64,000 bases of DNA, from NCBI GenBank assembly GCA_038087875.1, contig JAXLNO010000051.1, forward strand, positions 62,001 through 126,000, written 5' to 3'. The notes beneath the pieces were generated by a model. It did no database searches and was not told the origin of the DNA. It saw only the letters and a list, made by a program, of their open reading frames with translations. This document shows, piece after piece, positions 61,122 through 64,000 of this stretch (position 1 is the stretch's first letter; each line of letters begins with the position of its first letter). Position numbers and translations under genes: made by a program. The stretch is from Malacoraja senta (taxonomy: Eukaryota).

Positions 61122-64000
61122 ATGCATGACACCACACAAAAGAACCTAGGAGGAATCTCATTTTGTAGTTGGAATATAAGAGGTATTAACGAACCTATCA
61201 AAAGGGGTAAGATATTAGCTCAGCTAAAAATGTATAATTCTGACATTACCTTCCTACAAGAAACACACCTAAAACCTCAGGACCAAGTTAGGCTGAGGGC
61301 GAAATGGATAGGTCAAACATACCACTCTTCATTCACTTCAAAATCTAGAGGCACGTCAATTATCATAAGAAAAGGTATACCATTTAAAGCAAAGAATATT
61401 ATAACAGATATAGAAGGGAGATACCTAATAGTTAATGGAGAAATCCATGACACTCCACTTACTTTGGTAAATATATATGCCCCTAACTTTGATAACCCCC
61501 ACTTTTTCAATAAAATCTTCAATATAATTGCAGAGTCAAACTATCAAAATGTTATAATAGGCGGAGACTTTAACTGTGTTTTAGATCCGTACTTAGATAA
61601 ATCAAGTCAAAAACAGAGAGGGAATATGAAATCGAAAACTGGGGAACTCCTCAATACCTACATAAATAACACTAATATAGCAGATGTTTGGAGAATTGTG
61701 AATCCAACTGGCAGGGAATATTCGTTTTACTCAATGGTACATAAGACATACTCACGTATAGACTACTTTCTGCTGGATACAAAATTAATCCCCCAAACAT
61801 CTAATGCAATATACCATACAAATTCAATTTCAGACCATTCTCCACTAACTTTCTTTTTAAAACTGGAAGGATTGTCTAAGAATAATTCATTCTGGAGATT
61901 TAACTCTCAAATTTTAAAAGATCCACAAGCGAGTATATATTTAAAAGAACAAATGGAGGTCTTTTTTCAAACAAATGATACTTCAGATATATCGCCTACT
62001 TTACTTTGGGAATCTTTTAAAGCATACATTAGGGGTATTATAATTTCATATCAAGCTTTTCAAAATAAAAAGAATAAGAATGAACAAAGACAGTTAGAAG
62101 AACTTATTAGACAAATGGATATAGATAATGCTAAAGATCCATCAATAGATAAACATAATAAAATAATAATTTTAAAATTTAAATTAAATAAATTATTATC
62201 TGCCAAACTTATAAGACTTTTTCAAATTACAAAACAAGAGCACTTTGAATTTGGGGATAAACCGCATAAACTTTTGGCTCGCCAGCTAAAAAAACGAGAA
62301 AAGGAACATACTATACCAAAGATCAAATCAGATAAAGGGGAATTATTAACAACACCGAAGGATATTAATAAAAGATTTGCGCAATTTTACGAGAATTTGT
62401 ATACATCTAAAACGATAATTGATTCCAATAATATCACAAAGTTCTTGGATACCTGTAATCTTCCAAAGTTAGAGCTGAAGGAACAAGAGGAACTGGGTGC
62501 ACAAATCTCAATTAAGGAATTAGAAGATACAATAAGCTCACTAAAAAATGGAAAAACACCAGGCCCTGATGGATTTACTAATTAATTTTATAAAAGCTTT
62601 TATGATAAAATAATACCAAGATTACAAAAAATGTACCAATATGCTTTTAAAAAACGAATACTACCTGATACATTAGCGGAATCAACGATTACATTAATAC
62701 CTAAGAAAAATAAGGATTTAGAAGAACCTGGCTCATATAGAGCTATAGCATTGTTAAACACAGATCAAAAAATATTAGCGAAAACATTAGCCAGAAGATT
62801 AAGTAAATACATTAGTAAATTAATAAACCCAGATCAGACAGGGTTTATCCCTAAGAGATACTCTTCTAATAATATGAGACGTCTACTCAACATAATGCAC
62901 TCACACAAATCTGAAGATCAAGAATTATCAATTATTTCGCTGGATGCTGAAAAAGCATTTGATCAAGTAGAATGGAATTATATGGATAAAGTATTACAAA
63001 AATTTCAACTGGGAGAGAATTTTATTTTATGGATTAAGTTACTATATAACAAACCTACAGCTAGAATACTTACTAATAACATATTATCCTCGAAATTTCA
63101 ACTATCAAGGGGAAATCAAGGGGATGCTCATTATCACCACAGCTGTTTGCTCTCATTATTGAACCGCTAGCAGAAAAAATTAGAATACACCCTGATATTC
63201 ATGGATATAATACTAAAGACTCATATAATAAAATATCTTTATACGCGGATGATATATTATTGTATATTACAAAACCTCAAATCACTATACCAAATATATT
63301 AAATTTAATTGAAGACTTCGGATCTTTTTCTGGATATAGAATAAATTGGAATAAAAGTGAAATTATGTCAATAAAACCGAAAGATTCAACACATCTTTTA
63401 AAATTCCCTTTTAAAATAGCTACAGAAAAATTTAAATATTTGGGAATCGAAATTACCAGAGCATATCAAGGTATGTTCAGGGCAAATTTTGACCCCCTAC
63501 TTAATAAACTGAATACATTAATTAAATTCTGGAAAACGCTCCCGATGTCTTTAATAGGCCGAATAAACGCAATAAAAATGATCTTTTTACCACAAATTTT
63601 ATACCTATTTCAATCAATTCCTATATACTTACCTAAGAAGTTTAAAAAAAAACTCGACTCAGATATCACTAATTTTATATGGGACTATAAATCACATAGA
63701 ATACAAAAAACCCATCTGAATAAATCTAAAGTATTGGGGGGTCTAGCACTACCTAATTTTATGTATTATTATTGGTCAGTAAATACTAAAAACATGATTC
63801 AACTGATGGATAACTCCGCCCAGCAAGTAGACTGGATTGTAATGGAGAAAGAGGATTGCTCCTCTAGAAACATTGGAGCGATCCTCCTCTCTCCAATGAA
63901 ATTGAATAACATAAACTATAATAAGAACCCAATTATTCATAGTACAATCCGTATTTGGAAACAAATAAAACAAAATTTAAAATTAAGAAACTTATCACTT
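61122..64000 (+). pseudogene. L1 ORF2 (APE endonuclease plus RT) with a stop at 62583-62585 and a frameshift near 63120
   Basis: SWNIRG, LQETH, NIYAPN, GGDFN, SRIDYF, SDHSP, KTPGPDGF, SYRAIALLN, LDAEKAFD, LYADD. Confidence 0.93.

Larger units (their letters stand above)
59052..64000 (+). mobile_element. L1-clade LINE with a full 5' end, running off the window
   Basis: Starts GACTTCCGGTGGCG; ORF1, ~800-bp spacer, ORF2. Confidence 0.95.

Overview
Repeat-saturated vertebrate genomic DNA. The CR1, Penelope, L1 and Rex1 families look like those of a cartilaginous fish (skate/ray-type); the taxon is inferred, not verified. Host-gene content is small: (i) the last four kinase-domain exons of an AMHR2-like type II TGF-beta receptor on + (4395-7987), with frameshifts in two exons; (ii) exons 1-2 of AIP on - (24043-22075), with exon 1 out of frame by one base and exons 3-6 not found; (iii) a CpG island carrying an amplified CCAAT/GC-box module and a likely non-coding first exon on +. 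The rest is a 34-bp G-rich minisatellite, a 200-N gap, CT/GA microsatellites and many nested CR1, L1, L2, Rex1, Penelope, Harbinger and MITE pieces. The most unusual structure is a ~25-kb head-to-tail array (33.2-58.5 kb). It has about 33 copies (hand count) of a conserved ~50-bp LINE-3'-end-like stem-loop with AATAAA and an (ATTC)n tail, each preceded by a variable CpG-rich (GAACTC)n tract that folds back on itself. The array was later segmentally duplicated and invaded by other LINEs. All calls were made by eye from sequence and recalled protein families; no searches were run and TE boundaries are approximate.
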